Positions 32,017 to 42,460 of a stretch of 64,000 nt of DNA are shown here, piece by piece. The notes beneath the pieces are model-generated. The model saw only the letters and a list, made by a program, of their open reading frames with translations. It searched no databases and had not been told where the DNA came from. The DNA is from Polyangia bacterium (GTDB taxonomy: Bacteria > Myxococcota_A > Polyangia > Fen-1088), in the NCBI GenBank assembly GCA_035549075.1, contig DASZRT010000009.1:136296-200295 (forward strand). The letters run 5' to 3'. Position 1 is the first letter of the stretch. The number at the start of each line of letters is the position of its first letter. The translations under genes and the position numbers were made by a program.

Positions 32017-33797
32017 GGCGCTCCTCCTGGATTGAAAACCTTTTCGGCCGCGGCGAGCAACTGGCGCGCGTAGGGCGCGTTGTGCGCGTCGGCGGCGGGA
32101 TCTTCGACGACGAGCGCGAGGTCCCACGCCGCGCGCCCTCGCGGCGTCGCGAGATCGAAGCGCGAGGAGGACGCGTGCGGCGGGCCGGCGCCGACGTCGC
32201 GGGGTTGCGTTCGCGCCCACAGAGCCAACGCCCGCGCGCGCACGTCGTCGTCGGGCTTCGGCGCGTGGCAACGACCGCAGTCGTCGCGACGCGCGACGAA
32301 CGCGTGCTCGGCGCCGCGCTGCAGATCGGACGGACCCGCGCGGTGACACCCGACGCAGCCGCCTTCGACACGCGAATGCGGCGCCGCGCCCGTCAGCGGC
32401 GCGCCCGTCGCGGGCTCGACGCCGCCGCGCCCGAGCCACAGAGGCGCCGCGGACGCCGTCACCGGCTCGCCTGCGCCCGGTGAGTGGCAGCCGAAGCAAA
32501 CGGCGCTGCGCGCCGCCACCGCCATGCCCGAACCGGGATCGTGGGGCATGTGGCAAGCGACGCACGTCAGCCCCATCGGCTCGATCTGCGGCGGCGAGAG
32601 GCGATGGGCGTTCGACGCGAGCACGCCCGCCGTCGTGTGACAGCGCGCGCACGTGCCGGCGCGCGTGCGCGGATCGCGATCGGCGCGCGCCATCGACGTC
32701 GAACGCCACGCGGCGACGTGGCCATACCGCGGGGGCGCGTCGTGGCAGGTCGCGCACACGTCGGTGCGCAGGATCGCCCAGCGCGCGGACGTCTCGGGCA
32801 ACGCGCCCGGCCCGTGACACGCGAGGCAACCCACGCCGCCGAGCCGCCGCAACGGCCGCGGCACGTCGGCCCACGCGCGCGCGCCGAGCGACGCGAGCCC
32901 GAGCGACGTCATGACGTCGGTGAAGCCGCCGTCGGCGCAGCCCGGCTCGCCCGTCGCGTGACACGCGAGCGCGCAGTCGGGGTACGCGGCGCCGAACGTC
33001 GCGGGCGCACCTGCCGTCTGCGCCGCAGGCACGATCCCGCGCGCGAGCACCGTGGTCATCGGGCTCGCGGCGACCGCGCGCGATTCGGCGGGGTGGCAGC
33101 CGCTGCGCGCGCAGTCGAGCGGCGTCTCGTCGTAACGTGCGGTGCGCAGCGTGAGCGCGCGGCCGGCGCCGTCGACGACGCGCCAGTCGCCCGTGACGTC
33201 CGGCGCTAGGCTCGCGAGCCCACTTTGCTCGACGAGGGTGGCGGTCGCGTTGGGCGGGCGTGATTCGAGGCGCCACGCGGCGCCGAAGGGTCCGAGGAAG
33301 ATACGCGTGCCGACGGCCGTGCTCGCCAGACCTCGCGATCGCGGCGCGGCGGCGACGCGCGCCTCGTGACGTTCTTCGTGGCCACGGCCGTCGCGCCACG
33401 TCGCTTCGAAGACGAGCTCGGCGCGCGTGCGCGGTGAGAAAGGAACGACGCCCCAGGGCGCGGGTGCGCCGAGCGCGTCGGGGAGTGACGGTGTTCGCGC
33501 GTGAAGCGAGAGGCCGTCGGCGGTGGGGGAGACGTCGCGCGCGCGTGGGCCGCTGAGTTGCGTCCACGTGATCGTGCCGGCGTTGGCGGCGGAGCAGACA
33601 GGCGTTGCAGCGATGGTGAAGGAGGCGTCGAAGCCGACGGGGGCGGCGGGCGCGTCGAGCGTGAAGAGAGGGCCGCCCGGGCAAGTGGGCGGTGCGTGAT
33701 GACAGGCGGAGAGGAGCGCGAGCGTGAGGACGAGAAAGATCGCAGCCCCCTCACCCCGCCCCCCTCCCCGCTTCGCGGGGGGAGAGGGATGGGACAA
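32013..33797 (-). CDS. multihaem c-type cytochrome lipoprotein (7 CxxCH, 1 CX3CH and 1 CX4CH; N-terminal non-haem domain)
   Basis: TTG start gives MSHPSPPAKRGGGRGEGAAIFLVLTLALLSAC (lipobox). Canonical sites are CLACH, CATCH, CARCH, CVACH, CFGCH, CVGCH and CGRCH. Variant sites are CALACH and CARSGCH. About 230 aa before the first haem site. Confidence 0.7.
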   Translation of the reverse strand: MSHPSPPAKRGGGRGEGAAIFLVLTLALLSACHHAPPTCPGGPLFTLDAPAAPVGFDASFTIAATPVCSAANAGTITWTQLSGPRARDVSPTADGLSLHARTPSLPDALGAPAPWGVVPFSPRTRAELVFEATWRDGRGHEERHEARVAAAPRSRGLASTAVGTRIFLGPFGAAWRLESRPPNATATLVEQSGLASLAPDVTGDWRVVDGAGRALTLRTARYDETPLDCARSGCHPAESRAVAASPMTTVLARGIVPAAQTAGAPATFGAAYPDCALACHATGEPGCADGGFTDVMTSLGLASLGARAWADVPRPLRRLGGVGCLACHGPGALPETSARWAILRTDVCATCHDAPPRYGHVAAWRSTSMARADRDPRTRAGTCARCHTTAGVLASNAHRLSPPQIEPMGLTCVACHMPHDPGSGMAVAARSAVCFGCHSPGAGEPVTASAAPLWLGRGGVEPATGAPLTGAAPHSRVEGGCVGCHRAGPSDLQRGAEHAFVARRDDCGRCHAPKPDDDVRARALALWARTQPRDVGAGPPHASSSRFDLATPRGRAAWDLALVVEDPAADAHNAPYARQLLAAAEKVFNPGGAP

Positions 33798-33802
33798 GAG
33801 GC

Positions 33803-34376
33803 TCACGGTGCGCCCTCGGGGCGGCAGGTGCCGAAGCGGCAGGCGTGACTCGGGCAGTCGGTGTCGAGCCAGCAGCTCGGGGTGGTCGACGGTACGACGC
33901 AGTGAGCGTCGGTGCAGGTGGCGCCGTCGACGCACGGGTGGGCGCGGTCGCAGGGGTTCCAGATCGATGCGGCGGTGGCGTGCTCGCAGACGCGCTTTGG
34001 CGACGGGCCGTTTTCGATGCGGCAGCGCCAGCGCGCGCGGTCGGCGTCGGGGAAGTCGGGCGCGCCGTCGACGCAGATGCGCGCGCCGAGGTCGTCGTGC
34101 GCGGCCGCGACGCGGGCGTTGCAGCGCCACGCGGGATCGGGCGGGCCGGCGACGACACCCGCGGCGGGCTCGCCGCCGACGCAGACGACGACGCCCGCCG
34201 AGTCGACGCAGGTCCACTCGCCGTCGTCGGGCAGGCGCGCCGGGCGTTGCACGCAGCGATCGGCGGCGCAGGTGAACGTCGCGGTCGCAGGTCTCGCGCG
34301 GGCGATCGGTGTCGGCGCTTCCGTTCGCGCGCAACACGCGAACAGCGCGCACGCGAGCGCGAGCCTGCCGCTCACC
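33803..34376 (-). CDS. Cys-rich secreted protein (about 16 Cys, myxobacterial disulfide-repeat-like)
   Basis: GTG start gives MSGRLALACALFACC. Recurring CVDG/WRC motifs. Stop 6 nt before the cytochrome start. Confidence 0.5.
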
Positions 34377-35241
34377 GCGGCCGCGCGCGGCGCGCACGCG
34401 CGATCAGCACCGCCCCAAGAACCAGCAGCGACGCTCCTGCGCCCGAGCCCGCATCGCGGCCCGCGATCGCGCACCCGCGAAAGAACGGCGGCGCCGTCGT
34501 GTCGGCGCACACGACGTGGCTCGCGCCGTTCGACGTCTTGTCGGTGAGATCGCGCGCGAGCGCCGAGAAGCACACGTGCCCCGTCGCGTCGGCGACCGGC
34601 AGCTTCACGGTCGCGCCCTTCCCCGCCGCCGGCATCGCCTCGGTCAGCACGGGCACCGAGCCGCCGTCGGAGAGCGCGCCCGCCGTTTGGAACACGACGA
34701 GCGAGAGCCCGCCGCGCCCGCCGTCGTCGTCGGCCGGCGCGAGATCGAGGTCGAAGACGAAGCGGTTCTCGAGCGCGTCCGTGCAGTCGTTGTGCGCGCG
34801 CTCGAGGTCCCAGCGAACCGCCGTGAGGCCGTCGAACGTCGGCGGCGCGTCGTCGGTCGCCGCCGTGACGGTGAAGCGCACGTCGGCGCCTTTGCCGGGC
34901 GCGGCGACGTTGAGGCCGCGCAAAGACGGCCAGTGAATCGTGTACGTCCCCGGCGGCAGCCCGCCCGCAGGCGCGAACTCGAGCAAACCCTGCGTCGAAT
35001 CGAACGTCACCGTGACGGCGTCGCCGACGTGGTCGGGCGAATCGAGCAGCACGTCCTCGTTCGCGTACTCGGCCGTGGACGCGTAGTGAGCGAAGAGCGC
35101 CGCGTTCGCGGGCACCGTCGAGCCCGAAGGCGGAATCGCTTCGAGCAAATCAGGCGGCGCGCACGCGGCCGACACGACGCGCGCCGACCAAAACGCGACG
35201 ACCGCGAGCGCGACGGCGGCCGCGCGCCTCACGGGTCGCAC
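34372..35241 (-). CDS. secreted protein with MYXO-CTERM-like C-terminal sorting signal
   Basis: N-terminal signal ...VVAFWSARVVSAAC. C-terminus GCAIAGRDAGSGAGASLLVLGAVLIARARRARPR (Cys, then TM helix, then Arg cluster). GTG start overlaps the upstream gene stop. Confidence 0.55.
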   Translation of the reverse strand: MRPVRRAAAVALAVVAFWSARVVSAACAPPDLLEAIPPSGSTVPANAALFAHYASTAEYANEDVLLDSPDHVGDAVTVTFDSTQGLLEFAPAGGLPPGTYTIHWPSLRGLNVAAPGKGADVRFTVTAATDDAPPTFDGLTAVRWDLERAHNDCTDALENRFVFDLDLAPADDDGGRGGLSLVVFQTAGALSDGGSVPVLTEAMPAAGKGATVKLPVADATGHVCFSALARDLTDKTSNGASHVVCADTTAPPFFRGCAIAGRDAGSGAGASLLVLGAVLIARARRARPR

Positions 35242-35990
35242 GTGACGGTGTCGCAGCGGCCCAGCATCTCCGTGCGGTCGCCGTCCCCGTCGAGGTCGAA
35301 CTCGTCGATGCAGCAAAGGCCCTGATCGAGGCAGCACTGCTCGAGGTCCTTCGTGCGCGTGCCGCCGTTCGAGGCGCCCTTGCAGTCGTCGGGCGGCGGC
35401 GTCTCGCGGCACGGGCCGAACGATCGCCCGTCGGACGCGCACGTTTCCCGGCCCCAGAACGTGCACAACGTCGTGAAGCACTCGCGCTCGCTGCCGGGCA
35501 CGCACGTCTCGCAACGCCGCGGGCACTCCGAGTAGTGGCCGCCCGCGCAGTAGCGCGCGCCGCCGCCCGGGCACGGGATCGCGGGCAAATCCTCGTCGAC
35601 GCGGCCGTCGCAGTTGTCGTCGACGCCGTTGCACGTCTCGGGCACCGGATGACAAACGGGCCCGGCTTCGACGGGCGGCGACGCGTCGGGCGGCGGCGGT
35701 GGTGGTGGCATCGGCTCGTCCGGCGCTTCGACGGGCATCTCGATCGGCAAATCGACCGGCACGTCCACCGGCAGATCGATCGCGAGATCCGCGGGTGCGT
35801 CCGGCGCAACGGCCGCGTCGACGGCGAGCGGCGTCGTCTGCGGCGGCGCGAGGTTGATGGGCGAGCGGCCGCACGCCGCGAGCGTCACCCAGCAAAGAAG
35901 CGCGCTCGGCCCCAGCACACGCACAGGCACGCCCCCAAAGACACGGGAGCGCCGGCGCTTCGCAAAAGAAAAGTGCGCGTCGACTTTCAT
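35229..35990 (-). CDS. Cys-rich lipoprotein with MopE-type putative metal-binding motif
   Basis: Lipobox VTLAAC. (DLP[IV])n and poly-Pro linker. CNGVDDNCDGRVDE matches the Cu-binding_MopE/CxGxDDDCDG motif. 18 Cys in the C-terminal 150 aa. Confidence 0.6.
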   Translation of the reverse strand: MKVDAHFSFAKRRRSRVFGGVPVRVLGPSALLCWVTLAACGRSPINLAPPQTTPLAVDAAVAPDAPADLAIDLPVDVPVDLPIEMPVEAPDEPMPPPPPPPDASPPVEAGPVCHPVPETCNGVDDNCDGRVDEDLPAIPCPGGGARYCAGGHYSECPRRCETCVPGSERECFTTLCTFWGRETCASDGRSFGPCRETPPPDDCKGASNGGTRTKDLEQCCLDQGLCCIDEFDLDGDGDRTEMLGRCDTVTCDP

Positions 35991-36002
35991 TTGGGGCGCG
36001 TC

Positions 36003-36035
36003 GCGGTGTCAGAGCGTGGGCGACGCGACGAATGA
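36003..36035. promoter_or_regulatory. inverted repeat CGTCGCG-N17-CGCGACG in the divergent promoter region between the Cys-rich operon and the PY-repeat gene
   Basis: Seen in sequence. Candidate operator. No known consensus assigned. Confidence 0.25.
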
Positions 36036-36079
36036 AGGGTAACACCAGCCCGGCCGAGACCGTGCGAGGATGGGGCGCG

Positions 36080-37084
36080 ATGCTCCGGACGCGCCGCGCC
36101 CTGCGTTTGATCGGGACGGTGGGCGCGGTGGGTTGGGCGACGGTCGCGCACGCGCAAGACGCCGCGGCCCCGACGACGCCACCGCCCGCCGAAACAGCGC
36201 CGGCTCCGACGCCTCCGACCGCGGCAACGCCACCGCCCACGCCGCCACCGCCGGTCGCTCCGCCGCGCGCGACCGCGCCACCCGCGCCGGCGCGCCCCGC
36301 GCCGTACCCCTACCCTTACCCTTACGGCGCCTATCCGTACTACCCGTACCCGTATCCCTACGCCTACCCGCCTCGCCCACCCGCGACCTCCGCGCCGCCA
36401 ACCTCCGCGCCCGAAGCGATCGTCGCGTCCCCCGCAGCGCCGACGTCCATGCGCGCGCCCGCCGACGATCCGCAAGCCGATCGTGGCGTGCTTCTACCGA
36501 CGGCCTACACGCACCCGCGCGGCACGTTCTTCTTCTCGAGCTACGACCTCCTCATCGAGCAGATCGGCTACGCGTTCACCGACGACACGCAGATCTCGCT
36601 CACGGGCCTGCCGCCCGTCGGCGCCGACGACGTCGCGGTGGCCGACGTCACCCTCAAGACGTCCCTCTACCGCGGCCCCCGCCTCCGCGTCGCCGCGCTC
36701 GGCTCGGCCAGCGGCTTCGGCTCGAAGAGCGCCGGCGTGTTCGGCATCGGCCGATTCGGCGGCGTCGCGCAGATGTGCCTCGAATCCCGCTGCGACAGCA
36801 GCCTCACGATGTCGAGCAACGTCGCGCTCGCGGGCGCGCTCGTCATGGTCAACGGCGTCAGCGGCGTCTTTCGCCTGGGCCGCGTGACGTCGCTGCTCGC
36901 CGAGGTCGACACGCTCCTGCCCTTCAGCAACGACATCCCCGACGAGATCGGCGGCGCGATGGCCGGCGGCGGCATCCGCCTGCGCGGCGAGAGCTGGGGC
37001 TTCGACTTCGCGCTCATGCGCGTCATCGGCGGCAGCCGCGCGACCCTGCCGCTGCTGGCGCTCACCTACCGGACGCCGCCGTAG
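36080..37084 (+). CDS. secreted protein with (PY)n low-complexity segment and beta-barrel-like C-terminal domain (start could be 36032)
   Basis: Signal ...GWATVAHAQD. PAPYPYPYPYGAYPYYPYPYPYAYPP. C-terminal half of alternating hydrophobic strands. Confidence 0.5.
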   Translation: MLRTRRALRLIGTVGAVGWATVAHAQDAAAPTTPPPAETAPAPTPPTAATPPPTPPPPVAPPRATAPPAPARPAPYPYPYPYGAYPYYPYPYPYAYPPRPPATSAPPTSAPEAIVASPAAPTSMRAPADDPQADRGVLLPTAYTHPRGTFFFSSYDLLIEQIGYAFTDDTQISLTGLPPVGADDVAVADVTLKTSLYRGPRLRVAALGSASGFGSKSAGVFGIGRFGGVAQMCLESRCDSSLTMSSNVALAGALVMVNGVSGVFRLGRVTSLLAEVDTLLPFSNDIPDEIGGAMAGGGIRLRGESWGFDFALMRVIGGSRATLPLLALTYRTPP

Positions 37085-37964
37085 CCGCCGGCGGAACGTG
37101 GCGCGCGACGTGGCGTTCGACGATGTCCGGGTCGCACGCCTCGACACGGATGCGCGTCGGCCCGAGCCGTAACCCCAGCAACGAGCCGACGGCCTCGTCG
37201 AAGCCTGCGCCGAGCCATGCGAGGATCGCGCGCGGCACGCCGACGTCGAGGCGCGCGGCGTAGCGCGCGTAGCCGCCGATGTCCTTGAACTGATCCATCG
37301 CCAGCATGAGGTAAGGATCGGCGACGAGATCGGGCGGGATGGGCCGCGCCGGCGCGTGCGGGTCGGCCTCGAACGCCGCGAGCTCGCGCGGCAGGCGCGC
37401 GTGGTACGCGCCGTCTTCGACGAGCGACGCGAGCGCGCGCTGGTTCGGGTGCTTGCCCGCCGCGAACGCCGCCGCCTGCCGCTTCATCTCGTCGAGCCCG
37501 CCTTCTTGCGCGCTCAGCAGCACGAGGTCGTAGACCGGGTGCCGATGAAACGTCTGCAGCACGTGCTCGGCGATCGCCTCCTTCGGCGAGAACAACCCGA
37601 TCGGATCGAGCATGGTCGCGGGCCCCGCGAGGAAGCGCCGCGCGTTGTGGAAGATCCACGGGATGCCCTGGCTCTTGTAGAAGAGCTTCGTCTCTTCGCT
37701 CGCGCCCAGCATCATCTGATCGCGGCCCGCGACGAGCGCCTGCGCCCACGTCGGCACGACGTCGACGTACCCGAGCGCGCGCAGCCGCTCGAAGCGCGCG
37801 CGCACCTGCGCCGGCCGCAAATAGCCGAGCACGAGCCCGAAGAGCTGCACGACCTTCGCGACGTTGGCGCGAAGCCCGCCGACCGCGTCGAAGAAGAGCC
37901 GCAGCCGCGACCGCCCCAACCACGGCGGCGGCGTCGCCCCCTGCGTCTCCGCCATGGAACTCAT
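37062..37964 (-). CDS. hypothetical protein co-transcribed downstream of the orphan groEL
   Basis: Starts 17 nt after the groEL stop on the same strand. Protein-like composition (W, F, Y, M, K). The alternative frame 37066-37923 is Arg/Ala junk. Confidence 0.6.
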   Translation of the reverse strand: MSSMAETQGATPPPWLGRSRLRLFFDAVGGLRANVAKVVQLFGLVLGYLRPAQVRARFERLRALGYVDVVPTWAQALVAGRDQMMLGASEETKLFYKSQGIPWIFHNARRFLAGPATMLDPIGLFSPKEAIAEHVLQTFHRHPVYDLVLLSAQEGGLDEMKRQAAAFAAGKHPNQRALASLVEDGAYHARLPRELAAFEADPHAPARPIPPDLVADPYLMLAMDQFKDIGGYARYAARLDVGVPRAILAWLGAGFDEAVGSLLGLRLGPTRIRVEACDPDIVERHVARHVPPAATAASGR

Positions 37965-37980
37965 GCGCGCTCAGCAGACT

Positions 37981-39669
<1,689 letters not shown>

Positions 39670-39747
39670 CCCTTGTGATTAGCCCAAGACGCGGCCGCGC
39701 GGTAGATCCCCCGCGTTTTTGGCGCGTCTCGGCCGCAGGAGGATTCG

Positions 39748-40713
39748 ATGACCCCAAAAATGACGGCGCTCGCGTTCGGTTTTTGCTCCTTCATGTCGCT
39801 TTTTTCCCTCGGCGCGTGCGCCGAGGCGCGGCCCGTGCTGGACGGACGCTCAGGTGGGCCGCTGACGAACCGCGCCGCGGGCTACGAGCTGGAAGTGCTG
39901 GCCGACGGCGTCCCGGCGCCGACGTTCTTCCAGCGCGGCGGCACCTACGTCCTCGGGCAAAGAGGCGAGCGCTACACGCTCCGCATCACGAACCACACGG
40001 GCCGGCGCGTCGAGGCCGTCGTCTCGGTCGACGGGCGCGACGTCGTCGACGGCAAGCCCGCCGACTTTCGCGGCAAGCGCGGCTACCTCGTGCCGGCGTG
40101 GGGCCAGGTCGAGATCGACGGCTGGAGGCTGTCGCGGGCCGAGGTCGCGGCCTTTCGCTTCTCGTCGGTGGCCGACTCGTACGCGGCGCAGACCGGCTCG
40201 GCGCGCGAGGTCGGCGTCATCGGCGCCGCGATCTTCCCCGAGCGCGTCGTGCCGCGGCCACAGCCGTTGGAGCTGCCGTACGCGTCCGCGCCGCCGTGGG
40301 ACGGCGAGTACGAGCGCGACCGCGCCGAGGCTCCGCACGCCGAGGCGGGCCGCGGCTCCGACATGAAGCGAGAGGAGCGGCGCACGGAGCCGCCCGCTGC
40401 CGCCGCGCCGAGCGTGTCGTCCGAGGGCGCGCCCGCTCGTCGTTCGGGCCTCGGCACCGAGTTCGGCGAGGCGCACGGCTCGTCGGTGCGCGAGGTCGCG
40501 TTCGTGCGCGCGAGCGCGAGCACGCCTTCAGTCGTGCTCGGCGTGCGCTACAACGATCGCGACGGCCTGGTCGCGCTGGGCGTCGACGTCGATCCCGAGA
40601 CGTGCGGCGCCGATCGCGACCTCGAGCTGCGCGAGACGGCGAGCCCGTTCCCCGTGAGCGACCGTCGCTACGCCGCGCCGCCGCCGTGCTGGCGCCACGG
40701 GACCTGCCGATGA
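39748..40713 (+). CDS. hypothetical lipoprotein
   Basis: Signal FGFCSFMSLFSLGACAEA (lipobox). No motif. Confidence 0.5.
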   Translation: MTPKMTALAFGFCSFMSLFSLGACAEARPVLDGRSGGPLTNRAAGYELEVLADGVPAPTFFQRGGTYVLGQRGERYTLRITNHTGRRVEAVVSVDGRDVVDGKPADFRGKRGYLVPAWGQVEIDGWRLSRAEVAAFRFSSVADSYAAQTGSAREVGVIGAAIFPERVVPRPQPLELPYASAPPWDGEYERDRAEAPHAEAGRGSDMKREERRTEPPAAAAPSVSSEGAPARRSGLGTEFGEAHGSSVREVAFVRASASTPSVVLGVRYNDRDGLVALGVDVDPETCGADRDLELRETASPFPVSDRRYAAPPPCWRHGTCR

Positions 40714-40721
40714 CGTCGCAG

Positions 40722-40922
40722 CTACTGCTGCCGCATCAGCACGCGGTAGAAGTACGTCGTCAGGCCGATCACGAAGGCCATCGACGACGCCATGAACACC
40801 GCGCTCCAGATGCGGCGCTTCATCGCCGTCACGATCGCGAGGCGCTCGCGCTCGCCCGTGCGCTTCGACGCCTCGTCGTAGAACTGACTCCAGCGTTCCT
40901 GTGATTCAGCGGAGGCGCTCAT
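40722..40922 (-). CDS. possible small membrane protein (66 aa)
   Basis: C-terminal TM helix. Good composition. Downstream of the PAN-repeat gene on the same strand. Confidence 0.3.
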   Translation of the reverse strand: MSASAESQERWSQFYDEASKRTGERERLAIVTAMKRRIWSAVFMASSMAFVIGLTTYFYRVLMRQQ

Positions 40923-41009
40923 GACTGCGGGGAGTACATCGGAGGAACGTGCGCGAGATTGAGCGACCGTCGGATCTTTTCGACAGGTTTCCGACGGCCG
41001 CCGCGTCAG

Positions 41010-41969
41010 CTACCTGACGCCCGAGATGCAGCAGGTGTTGGGAACGGCCTGCGGAATGCTGTTTTTGAGCCAGCAGCGCGCGCCCGGCCCCTGCACGCCA
41101 GGGTTCACGTACGTGTACGACGCGCACTCGCGCTCGCGCGCGCACGCGTCGCGACACATCTCTGGCCGCGGCGCCGGCAGGTCGAAGTTCTTGTAGTCGT
41201 AGCCGGGGCGGTCGACGTTCATCTCGAAAGTCCCGCGGCGCATCGGCGGCGGCGGCGCCGGCTCGGCGTGGTGGCCGTGCTCGCCTTTGACGCCCGACGT
41301 GCAGCACGCGTTCGGCACCGCCTGCGGCACCGAGTTCTTGAGCCAGCAGCGCGCGCTCGGCCCCTGCACGCCCGGGTTCACGTACGTGAACGCCGCGCAG
41401 CCCGCCTCGCGCTCGCACGCCTGCTTGCAGAGGTGCGGGTTCGGCTGCGGCAGATCGAAGTTCTGGAAGTCGTAACCCGGGCGATCGATCCCAGGCTCCA
41501 GGTGGTGTCCGTGCTCGGGGCCGCCCCAAGCCACGGGCGGCGGCGGCGCGGGCTGCGTCTCGACGACGGGCGGCGGCGCGGCCGGCGGCGGCGCGTCCTG
41601 CTGAATCGCGACGGGCGCCGCGTTCTTCGCGCCCGAGATGCAGCACGTGTTCGGCGTCGGGGCGGGCACGCCGCTCTTCAACCAGCAGCGCGCGCTCGGC
41701 CCCTGCACGCCCGGGTTCACGTACGTGAAGGCGACGCACTGAGGCTCGGTCATGCACGTGTCGCGACACTCTTCGGGGCGCGCCGACGCGAGATCGAAGC
41801 TGCGGTAGTCGTCGCCGGGACGATCGTAGTTCACCTCGAGCCCCGCGCCGCCACCCGTCGGGTACACGGGGACGGGCGCGACGATGCAGCCCAACCCGAG
41901 GAGCGCAGACGCACAGACCAGAACGAGGGACGACCGCATCGAGACCTCCAGAGTTCGTGGAGGCCGCAC
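41010..41969 (-). CDS. lipoprotein with three tandem PAN/Apple-like domains
   Basis: Lipobox LLGLGC. Three repeats of about 100 aa, each with Dx(P)GxDYxxFDL...C..C....C..FTYVNPGVQGPxARCWLK...P.....CC[IT]SG. Confidence 0.7.
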   Translation of the reverse strand: MRPPRTLEVSMRSSLVLVCASALLGLGCIVAPVPVYPTGGGAGLEVNYDRPGDDYRSFDLASARPEECRDTCMTEPQCVAFTYVNPGVQGPSARCWLKSGVPAPTPNTCCISGAKNAAPVAIQQDAPPPAAPPPVVETQPAPPPPVAWGGPEHGHHLEPGIDRPGYDFQNFDLPQPNPHLCKQACEREAGCAAFTYVNPGVQGPSARCWLKNSVPQAVPNACCTSGVKGEHGHHAEPAPPPPMRRGTFEMNVDRPGYDYKNFDLPAPRPEMCRDACARERECASYTYVNPGVQGPGARCWLKNSIPQAVPNTCCISGVR

Positions 41970-42065
41970 GGTATCACGCCCCTCTCACACGTGCTCCCGG
42001 TCCGCGCCTCTCCCGCCTGTCGGGAGAGGCCGCCGAGGCGAAGCCTCGGCGGGTGAGGGTCCGCG

Positions 42066-42449
42066 CTACCCGAGGCTCTTCGCGATCAAGTCTTCCAACC
42101 GGCTCTTCGGCACCGCGCCCACGATCTGCCCGACGACCTTCCCGTCCTTGAACATCAAAAACGTCGGCAAGCTGCGCACGTCGAGCTTCGCCGTGATCTC
42201 CTGGCTGGCGTCGGCGTCAATCTTCGCGACGCGCACGCGCCCGTCGTAGGCCTTCGCGAGCGCCTCGACGTGCGGCGCCGTCGCGCGGCACGGCGCGCAC
42301 CACGCCGCCCAGAAGTCGAGCAGCACGGGCACGGGCGAGCTCGCGACCTCGCGTTCGAAGTTGTCGTCGGTGACCTCGACGACCTTCGAGTCCTTCTTGT
42401 CTTTCTCGTTCTTGTCCTTTTCGTTCGCGGGGACGGCGGCGATGCTCAT
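42066..42449 (-). CDS. thioredoxin with Lys/Glu-rich N-terminal extension
   Basis: GGAG RBS. WCAPC active site. Thioredoxin fold length after a roughly 25-aa KDKNEKDKKDSK extension. Confidence 0.8.
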   Translation of the reverse strand: MSIAAVPANEKDKNEKDKKDSKVVEVTDDNFEREVASSPVPVLLDFWAAWCAPCRATAPHVEALAKAYDGRVRVAKIDADASQEITAKLDVRSLPTFLMFKDGKVVGQIVGAVPKSRLEDLIAKSLG

Positions 42450-42460
42450 GACGATCTCCT

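Noticed and set aside
37066-37923. 285-aa alternative minus-strand ORF overlapping 37062-37964
   Set aside because: Arg/Ala junk composition. The +1 frame (37062-37964) has realistic composition and is coupled to groEL.
39670-39747. Looked for a CIRCE (TTAGCACTC-N9-GAGTGCTAA) operator upstream of groEL
   Set aside because: Only a TTAGCCC half-like sequence is present, with no inverted partner. Not called.
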